A program made the translations under genes and the position numbers. 64,000 nucleotides of DNA from an uncultured Rhodospirillales bacterium (GTDB lineage Bacteria; Pseudomonadota; Alphaproteobacteria; Rhodospirillales; UBA2165). The DNA lies in contig CAJQSN010000014.1 in NCBI GenBank assembly GCA_905614355.1, positions 10,276 to 74,275 of the forward strand, written 5' to 3'. How positions within the stretch are numbered: position 1 is the first letter of the stretch; each line of letters starts with the position of its first letter. Below, one piece after another: positions 10,798-20,502 of the stretch. The notes beneath the pieces are model-generated. The model had not been told where the DNA came from, did not search any database, and saw only the letters and a program-made list of their open reading frames with translations.

Positions 10798-12423
10798 CTA
10801 CTTGAGAACTGCACCCACTTGTCGACTTTCAGCTATATCTCTTAAAACAAAACGCTGTAATTTACCTGTCGCAGTTAGCGGCATCTCATCAAGAAAATAT
10901 ATTCGCCGAGGACATTTATAAATTGATAGGTTAGCTTTTAGTGATGAGGTCAGTTTCTTTTCGAACTGCTCCGTTGGACCAGACAACCCCGGGACTACGA
11001 TAAATAGAGCAAGTCGAATAAGGCCATCTTCATTTAGCACCCCAACAATAGCAGCCTCAGACACTGCTTTATTTTTTAGAACCTCGGCTTCAATTTCAGC
11101 GGGGCTGACCCATTGGCCCGAAATTTTAAGAATATCATCTACACGCCCTTGGTACTCGTAGTAACCGGAAGTATTAAACGTACACATGTCATTAGTACAA
11201 TACCAACCATCTTTGAAAACTTCAATTGTCCGTTCTTTCATATTCCAATAACTCGAAGCCACTGAATCCATTCTTACCCACAAAACACCTGCTATATTTG
11301 GCTCAGTGACTATTACACCATCGTTATTGACTAATTTGACCTCGGTTCCTGGTGTTGGCACACCGCAAGTCCCCACACTTATGTTATCTGGACGGTTTGC
11401 TAAAAATAAAAAGCAGGTTTCAGTAGCCCCGATTCCGTCCAGAATGGGACGACCGGTCACCTCCATCCATTGATCAAAAAGATTCTTCGGAAGTTTCTCA
11501 CCTGCAGCAAGATAATAGCGTACATTTTTAAATTCCGGTTTATTTACAATACCTGCACGAAGCATATTGCGATAAAAAGTTGGGACACTGAGTAAGATAG
11601 TTGGTTTATGTTTTTGAACAACAGTCGCCACAGATTCAGCATCCGGCCATTCTGGATAAAGGATTACAGCCGCCCCCAATTTAATCGGTGCCAAGAAACA
11701 ATGAGCCAAAGAAAACGCAAAAAATAGTTTGGAGGATCCATATATCCGATCGCCCGGCCCAACATTTAAAACCTGTCCCATTAAATTATCTGATGCTAAA
11801 ATAGATTTCTGACTGTGTATAACACCTTTAGGTTTACCAGTGGTCCCAGACGAATACATCCAAAATGCTGGGTCTTCTAATTTTAATGCAACAGCATTTA
11901 ATTTCGAGGCAGCGACCTCCATTATGCTTGGAAGATAATACGAACCTCTACGTTCAACATCAGTATTTATTATTATTGATCTCAGGGTAACGTTTTTTGC
12001 AATATTTTGATAACCTGAAAAAAATACATCATCTAGGATAATAGCCCTAGCTTGACTATCGTTCATCGTATAAGCCACATCAGCAGGATTCAGACGTAGA
12101 TTAATTGCGATTGGTACGGCACCAATTTTCATCAGGCCCAGATAAACATAAAAGAATGCAGGGGTGTCACGCACCATCAGTATAACTCTGTCACCGATGG
12201 AAATCCCTAATTCTAAGAAAGCGTTCCCCGCCTGGTTTACGCGAACCCACAATTGGCTATAAGTAACTGTCTCGTCATTATAAATAAGGGCCACGTCATC
12301 ATCTTGACCACGGAATTTTGATGGGGCTAAAATAGTCTCAGCCATATTGATTAAATTTTCTTCAGGCCCGTTAGCTATTGACACTTGTATTTTCCCAAAT
12401 CTAAAAAACTGAATATTATGCAC
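10798..12423 (-). CDS. AMP-dependent acyl-CoA synthetase/ligase (benzoate-CoA ligase-like family)
   Basis: The AMP-binding signature MYSSGTTGKPKGV, a later YRTGD-like region (WYCTNDM), and the C-terminal LTATGKLQR motif. Confidence 0.8.
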   Translation of the reverse strand: MHNIQFFRFGKIQVSIANGPEENLINMAETILAPSKFRGQDDDVALIYNDETVTYSQLWVRVNQAGNAFLELGISIGDRVILMVRDTPAFFYVYLGLMKIGAVPIAINLRLNPADVAYTMNDSQARAIILDDVFFSGYQNIAKNVTLRSIIINTDVERRGSYYLPSIMEVAASKLNAVALKLEDPAFWMYSSGTTGKPKGVIHSQKSILASDNLMGQVLNVGPGDRIYGSSKLFFAFSLAHCFLAPIKLGAAVILYPEWPDAESVATVVQKHKPTILLSVPTFYRNMLRAGIVNKPEFKNVRYYLAAGEKLPKNLFDQWMEVTGRPILDGIGATETCFLFLANRPDNISVGTCGVPTPGTEVKLVNNDGVIVTEPNIAGVLWVRMDSVASSYWNMKERTIEVFKDGWYCTNDMCTFNTSGYYEYQGRVDDILKISGQWVSPAEIEAEVLKNKAVSEAAIVGVLNEDGLIRLALFIVVPGLSGPTEQFEKKLTSSLKANLSIYKCPRRIYFLDEMPLTATGKLQRFVLRDIAESRQVGAVLK

Positions 12424-12564
12424 GAAAAGTCTTTGAAATAAAGATATATTCTACAGGACTATTGACTGTTTACAATCAAGGATAAACACATGTCAGATCT
12501 GAAAAAATAGTTTAGAGTGATAGCTAATATGATTTAACTAGCCAATGGCCATGATTAAATAACG

Positions 12565-12918
12565 ATGGGAATAAACACTATAAGTGACCAAGTAGATGAT
12601 AAAAAACTATCAGTAATCAGGATTATTATTTTTAATTTTAGTTTAGCGCTAGTTTTAGTGGGCTGCAGTAGCAAACATGCTGAATGGCAAAATCAAAGAA
12701 AATCAATAGATTTTTGGTATGAGGATATATTAAAATGCAAAAATTTCTCTGAAACACAGCTCATACGACAGCTTGATATTGAGAATGATGCGAATTTCAA
12801 CGATAAGACTGATCTGCAAATACAATTTAAGAAGTACGATGCCCAAAAAAAATTTAATTCCTACTATGCCAACTGCATGACCGATGCTGGATATTATAAA
12901 ATTTTAAAAAATAATTAA
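12565..12918 (+). CDS. small hypothetical lipoprotein
   Basis: A hydrophobic leader ending in the lipobox-like LVGCSS. I recognise no family. Confidence 0.45.
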   Translation: MGINTISDQVDDKKLSVIRIIIFNFSLALVLVGCSSKHAEWQNQRKSIDFWYEDILKCKNFSETQLIRQLDIENDANFNDKTDLQIQFKKYDAQKKFNSYYANCMTDAGYYKILKNN

Positions 12919-12938
12919 CATGAATATAAAGAGATAAT

Positions 12939-14993
12939 ATGAATAATACGGATAACAAATTACTTTCTTCGCTTCTCCTAGAATCTAATATTGATCAATC
13001 TGCAGAATCCATCATTGAAATTATTAAAGGTGTTGCAGCAGGGCCAACGCCAGAGAGCTCTACGGCTGTCTCTAACGCCTGGCTTGAGCTTATATCGCCA
13101 GACATGACAGAAGCTTTAGTTGAACTATTAAATGCTGAATTAGAGAGGTTTATATGCATTGACGATGGATTAAATAATAATCTAGGTTCTAAATCTTTTA
13201 ATGGAAGGCTTGCCGACCTTCGCCGCGAAATCAAAGCCAGTGAAATTTCTGGTTTCATAATTCCTTTGGCAGATGAACACCAAGGCGAATATGTCCCCAA
13301 AAATGCCCAAAGGTTAGCATGGCTTACGGGGTTTACAGGTTCTGCGGGAATAGCCGTTGTTCTTGAAAAGAAAGCTGCTATTTTTATTGATGGCCGCTAC
13401 ACATTGCAGGCGCAGCAACAAGTAAATCAGAATTTATTTGAAATCAATGATTTGAATATCAACGCTGTTGATGATTGGATAATAGCATCACTAGTCCCTG
13501 GAAACATACTTGGATTTGATCCTTGGCTACATACTTCTGATGGTGTTGTTAAAATTAAAAAAGCAACGGAAAAGGCCGGTGGTAAACTAAACGCTATCAA
13601 AAAAAACCCCGTCGATACAGTCTGGCAAAATAGACCACGGGCTCCTCTTACACCCGTCATGGTAATGGATTATGCTCTTACAGGGCAAACTTCCGCAGAC
13701 AAACGAGCCGAAATTTTAGAAATATTAAAAAAAGAAGATTTAAAATCATGCGTCCTTACGGCCCCAGATTCTATCGCTTGGCTGGCTAATATTCGCGGGA
13801 GTGACGTACCATATACGCCCTTTTCCCTATCCTTTGCGATTTTTTATGCTGATGGTAGTCTTAATATTTATAATGATACTAGAAAATTTTCCATAAGAGT
13901 GCGTAAAAAATTAGAAGTAGGCATCTCCATATTTCCCCGTAATAATTTTCTACCCACGCTCAGTGCCCTAGGAAAAAAGAATGAAAAAATTGGTATTGAT
14001 CTCTCATCTTCAGCGGAAATCATTGTAAAAACCCTAAGAGATGCCGGTGCGCAAATACATAGATTTTCTGATCCTTGCCAACTACCGAAAGCTAGAAAAA
14101 ATTCAGTTGAGTTGAATGGTATGAGGCAAGCCCATCTGAGGGACGGCGTCGCGCTGGTAAAATTTTTAGCTTGGCTAGACAAAAACTCGCCAAATGGCAA
14201 TCTAACAGAGTTATCTGTTGCAGATAAATTGGAGAGCTTCCGTCGAAAAGGGAATAACATAAAAGGTTTAAGTTTCCCAACAATATCTGGAAGTGGTCCA
14301 AATGGGGCCATTGTTCATTATCGTGTAACACAAACAAGTAATCGTAAGCTCGAGAAAAACTCTCTATATCTAGTGGATTCTGGAGCTCAGTATCTAGATG
14401 GTACTACCGATGTAACCCGGACAATCTCTATTGGCACGCCGAGCCCTGAAATGAAGGATCGTTTTACTAGGGTTCTTAAAGGTCATATAGCATTAGCAAT
14501 GGCGGTTTTTCCAAAAGGAACTTGTGGATCACAACTTGATGCACTCGCACGCGCACCACTCTGGAAAATTGGTCTGGATTATGAACATGGAACGGGGCAT
14601 GGAGTTGGAAGTTATCTAAGCGTTCATGAAGGACCTCAACGGATCTCAAAATTGCCTAACCGAATAGCGCTTGAGCCTGGCATGGTGGTGTCAAATGAGC
14701 CTGGATATTACAAAACAGATGCATACGGAATTCGAATTGAGAATTTAGTTGCGGTTGTAAAGGCACCAGAAACACTAGTAGCTTTGAACGTCGACCAACA
14801 ACCTTTTTTATGTTTTGAGACACTAACTTTAGCACCAATAGACCTAACACTGGTAAAAAAAAACCTCCTAAGTTATGCGGAGATTAATTGGTTAAATGAA
14901 TATCATCGAAGAGTTAGAACCTCACTACTGCCCTTATTAGACAAAAAAACACAAAATTGGCTTGAGTTTAATTCTAGAGACTTAGATACCTAG
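12939..14993 (+). CDS. pepP: Xaa-Pro aminopeptidase (aminopeptidase P, M24B) with an N-terminal extension
   Basis: M24 metal-ligand motifs: YLVDSGAQY..GTTDVTRT, HGTGHGVGSYLSVHEGP and SNEPGYY..G.RIEN. The creatinase-like N-domain starts near RLADLRRE. About 85 extra residues precede it. Confidence 0.85.
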   Translation: MNNTDNKLLSSLLLESNIDQSAESIIEIIKGVAAGPTPESSTAVSNAWLELISPDMTEALVELLNAELERFICIDDGLNNNLGSKSFNGRLADLRREIKASEISGFIIPLADEHQGEYVPKNAQRLAWLTGFTGSAGIAVVLEKKAAIFIDGRYTLQAQQQVNQNLFEINDLNINAVDDWIIASLVPGNILGFDPWLHTSDGVVKIKKATEKAGGKLNAIKKNPVDTVWQNRPRAPLTPVMVMDYALTGQTSADKRAEILEILKKEDLKSCVLTAPDSIAWLANIRGSDVPYTPFSLSFAIFYADGSLNIYNDTRKFSIRVRKKLEVGISIFPRNNFLPTLSALGKKNEKIGIDLSSSAEIIVKTLRDAGAQIHRFSDPCQLPKARKNSVELNGMRQAHLRDGVALVKFLAWLDKNSPNGNLTELSVADKLESFRRKGNNIKGLSFPTISGSGPNGAIVHYRVTQTSNRKLEKNSLYLVDSGAQYLDGTTDVTRTISIGTPSPEMKDRFTRVLKGHIALAMAVFPKGTCGSQLDALARAPLWKIGLDYEHGTGHGVGSYLSVHEGPQRISKLPNRIALEPGMVVSNEPGYYKTDAYGIRIENLVAVVKAPETLVALNVDQQPFLCFETLTLAPIDLTLVKKNLLSYAEINWLNEYHRRVRTSLLPLLDKKTQNWLEFNSRDLDT

Positions 14994-15265
14994 TAATATT
15001 CCTAGATAAAAATAAAGACTCTATTATATTTAAATTATTTGATAAAAATCTGAGAGTTTATTAATCTGAGTGACTAAGTTATATAATAAAGAATTAAATT
15101 AGATATTTTCTACTTCTTGTAGTCATTTGATATATAAAATGAATTATAAATTATAGAAGACCAAATGACTATCAATCCATATTGCTTGATTGATAGTAGG
15201 ATTTAGCGAAAATAGCTGAATCTATAATGAAACTAAATATTATTATAAGTAATTTACGGTAGGCC

Positions 15266-16677
15266 ATGAACAATAAACTGCAAAAGAAAAAATCTGCTAG
15301 CCCAATCTGGGGGGGGGGCGTTTTGACGGCAGTCCATCGGAAATCATGGAACAAATTAATGCTTCTATTAATTTTGATAAAAGGTTGTATTCACAAGACA
15401 TAACTGCATCAAAAGCTCATGCCGCAATGCTTGTTAAACAAAAAATTATCTCCGCTAAGGATGGGAATGAAATTAAAGGGGGACTGGATCAAATCTTTAA
15501 TGAAATCGAAAACGGTTCATTCGAGTTTAAAACCACTCTTGAAGACATCCATATGAATATTGAATCAAGGCTTAAGGAAATAATTGGTGATGCGGCTGGA
15601 AAACTGCATACTGCTAGGTCAAGGAATGATCAAGTTGCGACAGATTTTAAACTTTGGGTCAGACAGGAACTAGATCAATTAGATAGTGCATTAAAAATGC
15701 TACAGGAAACTTTCATTAATCAGGCAGAGGACCACGCATCAACCATATTGCCGGGCTTTACTCATCTTCAATCAGCCCAACCCGTTACTCTTGGTCATCA
15801 TCTGCTCGCATACGTTGAGATGATCGGCCGGGATAGAGGTCGAATTAAAGATTGCCGAAGACGCTTAAATGAAAATCCACTAGGCTCTGGCGCTTTAGCT
15901 GGAACATCGTTTCCTATTGATCGAGATGCAACGACAATAGCCCTTGGTTTTGATCAACCTACGTCTAATTCATTAGATGCCGTGTCTGACCGCGACTTCG
16001 CTCTCGAATACCTATCATTGGCGTCAATTTTATCGGTTCACCTCTCTAGGCTAGCAGAAGAAATCGTCGTCTGGGCAAGCTCACCATTCTCTTTTATTAA
16101 TTTACCCGATTCTTTTTCAACCGGCAGTTCTATGCTTCCGCAAAAAAGAAATCCTGATGCAGCAGAACTAATACGTGCTAAAACAGGCCGAGTAATAGGT
16201 AATCTAACGAGCCTCCTCATTACAATGAAAGGTTTACCCTTAGCCTATAGCAAAGATATGCAAGAAGACAAAGAATCAGTCTTTGAGACGGCGGATACAT
16301 TGGCCCTAACGGTCAAGGCAATGACTGGGATGTTTGGAGAAATAACCTATAATATTGATAAAATGTTAGCTATGGCCAAAAATGCAAATTCCAACGCGAT
16401 CGATTTAGCAGACTGGTTAGTTAAAGAACTGGATAAACCATTCCGCGAGGCACATAGTATTAGTGGTAAACTGGTCAAACTAGCAGAAAAACAAAACATA
16501 TCTCTAGAAAACCTATCCCTAACCGACATGCGAAGAATAGAACCGGCTATCAATGAAGGTGTTTTTAACGTCCTTAATATTAATACTGCTTTAAACGCAC
16601 GAAGCAGTTTTGGTGCTACGGCACCAAAGAATGTTAGAAAAGCTTGCACTCAAGCGCGTCGCAAGTATCTTAAATAA
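15266..16677 (+). CDS. argH: argininosuccinate lyase; the 5' end is frame-disrupted inside a G10 tract (intact ORF only from 15346)
   Basis: ORF 15346..16677 has lyase-1 motifs ([30 protein letters not shown]). The conserved N-terminal WGGRF box is encoded upstream, but it is split between the frame of ATG 15266 ([18 protein letters not shown]) and the frame of the main ORF ([15 protein letters not shown]). Confidence 0.85.
15309..15318 (+). repeat. G10 homopolymer at the argH frame break
   Basis: Counted directly: ctGGGGGGGGGGcg. Confidence 0.95.
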
Positions 16678-16697
16678 CCAAATGTGGATTTAGTGTA

Positions 16698-16847
16698 ATG
16701 ACACGTAGTCGATTAAAAATTTTAATATTGACGCTATTAGTTGTATTAATGACAATTCCAATATTATCTTCTTGTGGAAAAAAAGGTAACCCACAACCTC
16801 CGCAGGGTAAAGAATCCGATTTTCCCCGCCAATATCCCAGCTATTAA
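16698..16847 (+). CDS. small lipoprotein (49 aa; LptM/YifL-like position upstream of lysA)
   Basis: Hand translation gives MTRSRLKILILTLLVVLMTIPILSSCGKKGNPQPPQGKESDFPRQYPSY, with the lipobox LSSC followed by a Pro/Gly-rich tail. It is below the ORF-track length cut-off. The 82-aa minus-strand ORF overlapping it looks spurious. Confidence 0.6.
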   Translation: MTRSRLKILILTLLVVLMTIPILSSCGKKGNPQPPQGKESDFPRQYPSY

Positions 16848-16879
16848 TCATCTCAAAAACTGTTTGAACAGAATAAAAT

Positions 16880-18142
16880 ATGGAATATTTTGAATATAGG
16901 AATGGAACACTTGTTGCCGAAGATGTCACCGTCTCCAAAATAGTAGACGAGATTGGAACACCTTTTTATTGCTATTCAGCGACGACCATCGAAAACCATT
17001 TTTTAGATCTAAAAAATGCACTTGCAGGGCTTCCGGCAACCATTTGTTATGCAATCAAAGCTAATTCAAATATCGCCGTGATTAAAACACTCGCCGACAT
17101 GGGTGCGGGTGCCGACGTTGTCTCATCAGGTGAATTAACTCGCGCGCTGAAAGCAGGCATCCCAGCAAAGAAAATTGTGTTTTCGGGGGTTGGAAAAACA
17201 TCAGAAGAACTTGCCCATGCCCTTAAAGAGGATATTCTACAAATCAATATTGAATCTGAACCTGAGCTCAATGAGCTTAATAAAATTGCTAGTGCTATGA
17301 ATAAAAAAATAGAGGTTGCGCTACGCATAAACCCAGATATTGATGCAAACACGCACGATAAAATTTCAACGGGTCGATCTGAAGATAAATTTGGTATTGA
17401 ATGGACACGCATAAAAGATGTTATAAGCCTAGCCCAAAAATTAGATAATGTTAAGATAGTTGGACTGGCTATGCACATCGGGTCTCAACTGACAAAACTG
17501 GATCCTTTTAGAGAGGCATTTATCCGGTTAGAGACGCTTGTGAAAGAACTGCGCCTAGAAGGTTATGAAATTTCACGGCTTGATCTTGGTGGAGGCCTTG
17601 GTATTTCTTACGATGGACTACCCACTCCAACCCCTGCAGAATATGGGAAAATAGTCAAAGCGGTTTTCAAAAGCCTAAACTGCGATTTAATATTTGAACC
17701 TGGGCGCTTTATTGTTGGCAATTCAGGTATATTAGTAACCCAAGTTATTTACGTAAAACAAGGCGCAACTCGCCGTTTTTTAATCCTAGATGCCGCAATG
17801 AATGACCTAATGCGACCATGCCTTTATGATGCCAAACACAGCATTGTATCCCTTAAAGAACCCAAAGACGGTGATAATCTAGAGAGGGTTGATGTAGTTG
17901 GCCCAGTGTGCGAGACAGGGGACACTTTTGCCACTGAAATAGATTTGCCAGCGACAGTATCTGGTGATTTTCTCGCGATTCGGTCGGCAGGAGCGTATGG
18001 CGCTGTAATGTCCTCAACTTATAATAGCCGTTCCCTTATTCCAGAAGTAATGGTTAAAGGAAATAATTTTTCAGTTATTCGTCAACGAATAACGCCAGAA
18101 ATTATGATTAATTACGAAAATTTTCCAGAGTGGTATACTTAA
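16880..18142 (+). CDS. lysA: diaminopimelate decarboxylase
   Basis: PLP-lysine context (YAIKANSN), a GGGLGI motif, and the EPGR and CETGD motifs of the Orn/DAP/Arg decarboxylase family. Confidence 0.92.
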   Translation: MEYFEYRNGTLVAEDVTVSKIVDEIGTPFYCYSATTIENHFLDLKNALAGLPATICYAIKANSNIAVIKTLADMGAGADVVSSGELTRALKAGIPAKKIVFSGVGKTSEELAHALKEDILQINIESEPELNELNKIASAMNKKIEVALRINPDIDANTHDKISTGRSEDKFGIEWTRIKDVISLAQKLDNVKIVGLAMHIGSQLTKLDPFREAFIRLETLVKELRLEGYEISRLDLGGGLGISYDGLPTPTPAEYGKIVKAVFKSLNCDLIFEPGRFIVGNSGILVTQVIYVKQGATRRFLILDAAMNDLMRPCLYDAKHSIVSLKEPKDGDNLERVDVVGPVCETGDTFATEIDLPATVSGDFLAIRSAGAYGAVMSSTYNSRSLIPEVMVKGNNFSVIRQRITPEIMINYENFPEWYT

Positions 18143-18395
18143 GTGTTTATAGTTAACAGATAAAAACTAGACCACGAGCCGCATATAGAATTAACGGGGA
18201 TAAATAATCTAATTTATTTACTCGTTCCCTAGAAATGGGCCCTGGTATTAACCTTTACATATTCTACAAAATTCTATGCCACTAGATTAGAAATAGGGTT
18301 AAGTACCAGACAGTTAGATAAAGCAAAAATTTATTATTAGCATTCCACTCACGCAGGCTGGAATATTATTCCAGAATCCAGGAAATACTAGGCCC

Positions 18396-19613
18396 TTAAT
18401 CTTCACTTTTTCCAGGCTTAGAGAATTTTTTTGAATTTCCCTTTGCCGGTGCATCAATTTTGTTCTTAGTTGATTTGCTATCACCCTCTGAAACAAATAA
18501 ACCATATGCAATATCTAGCCTCTTTGCCGTCTTTGGAAGTTTTTTAAATACGCCCGTAAATTTTACGAACTTGCCTGGAGCAAGGGTTAACTTTTCAGGC
18601 TTTATCTTCTGGACTTGAACAACTTGATCTTTTCCATCAATTGCTTGTAATAATATGTTTGGAACCCGTTGGACCAAGTTAGAAACATTCGTGATAACAC
18701 CCTTGATGACAGTTACTTTAACGCCATCACGTTCTTCCTGGACTGGATTTTCCGATTTAATTCTAAGGCCTTCACCTGGAACTAGCACCCTAAGACCTAT
18801 TAATTCAAAGGCAATATTAGAAATAGGAAGAAGATCTACGACCACAACCCTTTTATAGACTGCACCCGCCCCCACACCTCCAATTATCACTGCGAATATT
18901 AAAAGCCAAATAATTACTTTTACTAGACTACTTCTTTTCTTTTCCTCTGTATCCGGCTCAGCATCAAAAGATGCCACCTCGAACGGTTCCGGATCTGGAA
19001 TATCGTCTGGATTAGTTTCTTCAACTTTTTCATCGTTTGGCCCATCAGATGCCAAACCGCCAATAGGTTCAGGGTCTTCCATATTTTCTAAATCATCAAC
19101 GCTAATGCTTTCAGCCTCATCAACCTCATTGTTTTCAAGTATACTTCCCACAGCTTCCGAATCATTAGGCCCAAGCATTACTTCCAATTCTTCATCTGAA
19201 GGTAAATTTTCTTCAACTGGCTCGGAAATTAGCTCAGGAACTGATACTGGAGTTGGCTCAGGAACTGGCTCGGAAATTGGCTCAGGAACTGATACTGGAG
19301 TTGGCTCAGGAACTGATACTGGAGTTGGTTCGGAAACTCGCACTTGACCAACAGGGGGATTAAAGGCAGAACCCTGCTGAGCGAACGGATATTGCTGTTG
19401 AGGAGTAGCAACACTGCCTGCCTGAGGCGTTGTAACAAATTGCCCTGGCGACAGATATTGTACTGGCACATACTGCTCTTTTATTTGTGGCGGTAACGGG
19501 TGTTGATGCCAAGTATGGTTGCAATTAAAACAGCGAACGGTTTGGCCGCTAGTTCCAATTTCAGAACCAGAAACGCTGAATGAGGTCGAACAAGAAGGAC
19601 AATAAATATACAT
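18396..19613 (-). CDS. MJ0042-type zinc-ribbon protein with a Pro-rich repeat linker, a TM segment and a C-terminal DUF3426-like domain
   Basis: The N-terminus is CPSC...RCFNCNHTW (two CxxC pairs). Then come EPTPVSVP repeats, an acidic region, the TM segment VIIWLLIFAVIIGGVGAGAV, and a beta-rich C-terminus. It is divergent from ftsEX, as in many alphaproteobacteria. Confidence 0.7.
   Translation of the reverse strand: MYIYCPSCSTSFSVSGSEIGTSGQTVRCFNCNHTWHQHPLPPQIKEQYVPVQYLSPGQFVTTPQAGSVATPQQQYPFAQQGSAFNPPVGQVRVSEPTPVSVPEPTPVSVPEPISEPVPEPTPVSVPELISEPVEENLPSDEELEVMLGPNDSEAVGSILENNEVDEAESISVDDLENMEDPEPIGGLASDGPNDEKVEETNPDDIPDPEPFEVASFDAEPDTEEKKRSSLVKVIIWLLIFAVIIGGVGAGAVYKRVVVVDLLPISNIAFELIGLRVLVPGEGLRIKSENPVQEERDGVKVTVIKGVITNVSNLVQRVPNILLQAIDGKDQVVQVQKIKPEKLTLAPGKFVKFTGVFKKLPKTAKRLDIAYGLFVSEGDSKSTKNKIDAPAKGNSKKFSKPGKSED
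19220..19339 (-). repeat. imperfect 12/24-bp tandem repeat encoding (E-P-T-P-V-S-V-P)n
   Basis: The unit gctcaggaactgatactggagttg occurs three times, interleaved with the 12-bp relatives gctcggaaattg and gctcaggaactg. The repeat is in frame within the zinc-ribbon gene. Confidence 0.85.
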
Positions 19614-19753
19614 TGGCTACCAAAGTAATTATATTATATCTTATTTATAGAAAAATGCTGTTCTGAACGCAAGCCATGCTGTACGAAAGGCTATCCAGCG
19701 TGCCATTCTTGGCTTGATATTAAATTAAAAAAAGGGCTGGTGGGCTATTTATC

Positions 19754-20500
19754 ATGACTGAAGTTGTTCGATTTGAGAATGTTGGATTGCGCTACGGACT
19801 AGGCCCGGAAGTTCTACAAGACATTACTTTTGGTCTCGAAGCCGGGTCATTCCATTTTTTAATAGGCCCTAGCGGTGCTGGAAAATCGTCACTTTTACGT
19901 CTCTTGTACCTCGCTCATCGCCAGACACGCGGGTTAATTTCTTTATTTGGCCAAGATACTGCTGACCTATCGAGAGAAAAACTCCCCAATATCCGCCGGC
20001 GCATCGGCGTTATGTTTCAAGATTTCAGATTATTGCCGCACCTAAGTGCTTTTGACAATGTTGCCCTGCCACTTCGAGTCGCGGGTATCCGGGAATCAGA
20101 AATTAAACGCCATGTCGAAGAATTACTCGTATGGGTAGCATTAGAAAATCATATGGATGTTCGGCCGCCTACCATGTCCGGTGGACAACAGCAACGTGTT
20201 GCAATCGCTAGGGCAGTTATTTCTAGACCAAAAATTTTATATGCTGATGAGCCTACTGGTAATGTTGATGATCGAATAGCAGCAAGACTAATGCATTTGT
20301 TTGAAGAACTTAATAAGCTAGGAACAACCGTTGTTATTGCAACTCATAACGAATCAATAGTTAACGAGTTTGGCCGCCCCGTATTAAGGATTGATGCAGG
20401 AAAATTAAAAATTCCACCACAAGAGGGCCCCCACATTAGAAAAAACGAACCTAAAATAAATATACGACCAAATTCGCTTAACCAAAAAGAGACAATATAG
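19754..20500 (+). CDS. ftsE: cell-division ABC transporter ATP-binding protein FtsE
   Basis: Walker A GPSGAGKSS, ABC signature MSGGQQQR and Walker B ILYADEP. It is followed by an FtsX-like permease. Confidence 0.9.
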   Translation: MTEVVRFENVGLRYGLGPEVLQDITFGLEAGSFHFLIGPSGAGKSSLLRLLYLAHRQTRGLISLFGQDTADLSREKLPNIRRRIGVMFQDFRLLPHLSAFDNVALPLRVAGIRESEIKRHVEELLVWVALENHMDVRPPTMSGGQQQRVAIARAVISRPKILYADEPTGNVDDRIAARLMHLFEELNKLGTTVVIATHNESIVNEFGRPVLRIDAGKLKIPPQEGPHIRKNEPKINIRPNSLNQKETI

Positions 20501-20502
20501 GA

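Noticed and set aside
15172-15354. 60-aa minus-strand ORF across the argH 5' region
   Set aside because: It is antisense to the preserved argH N-terminal coding sequence and spans the G10 tract. It is most likely a shadow ORF.
16690-16938. 82-aa minus-strand ORF between argH and lysA
   Set aside because: It overlaps the lysA start and a plus-strand mini-ORF that has a textbook lipoprotein signal. The antisense product has no recognisable features.
18357-18373. Perfect palindrome CTGGAATATTATTCCAG downstream of the Zn-ribbon gene, as a terminator
   Set aside because: Its one-nucleotide centre leaves no viable loop, and no U-run follows on either strand. It may be a protein-binding site, but there is nothing further to support a call.
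19105-19471. ORFs 19105..19347 (+) and 19229..19471 (-), and the possibility that the repeat array is CRISPR-like
   Set aside because: The repeats are contiguous 12/24-bp coding units with no unique spacers. They lie in frame within the Zn-ribbon protein. The listed ORFs are alternative frames kept open by the repeat.
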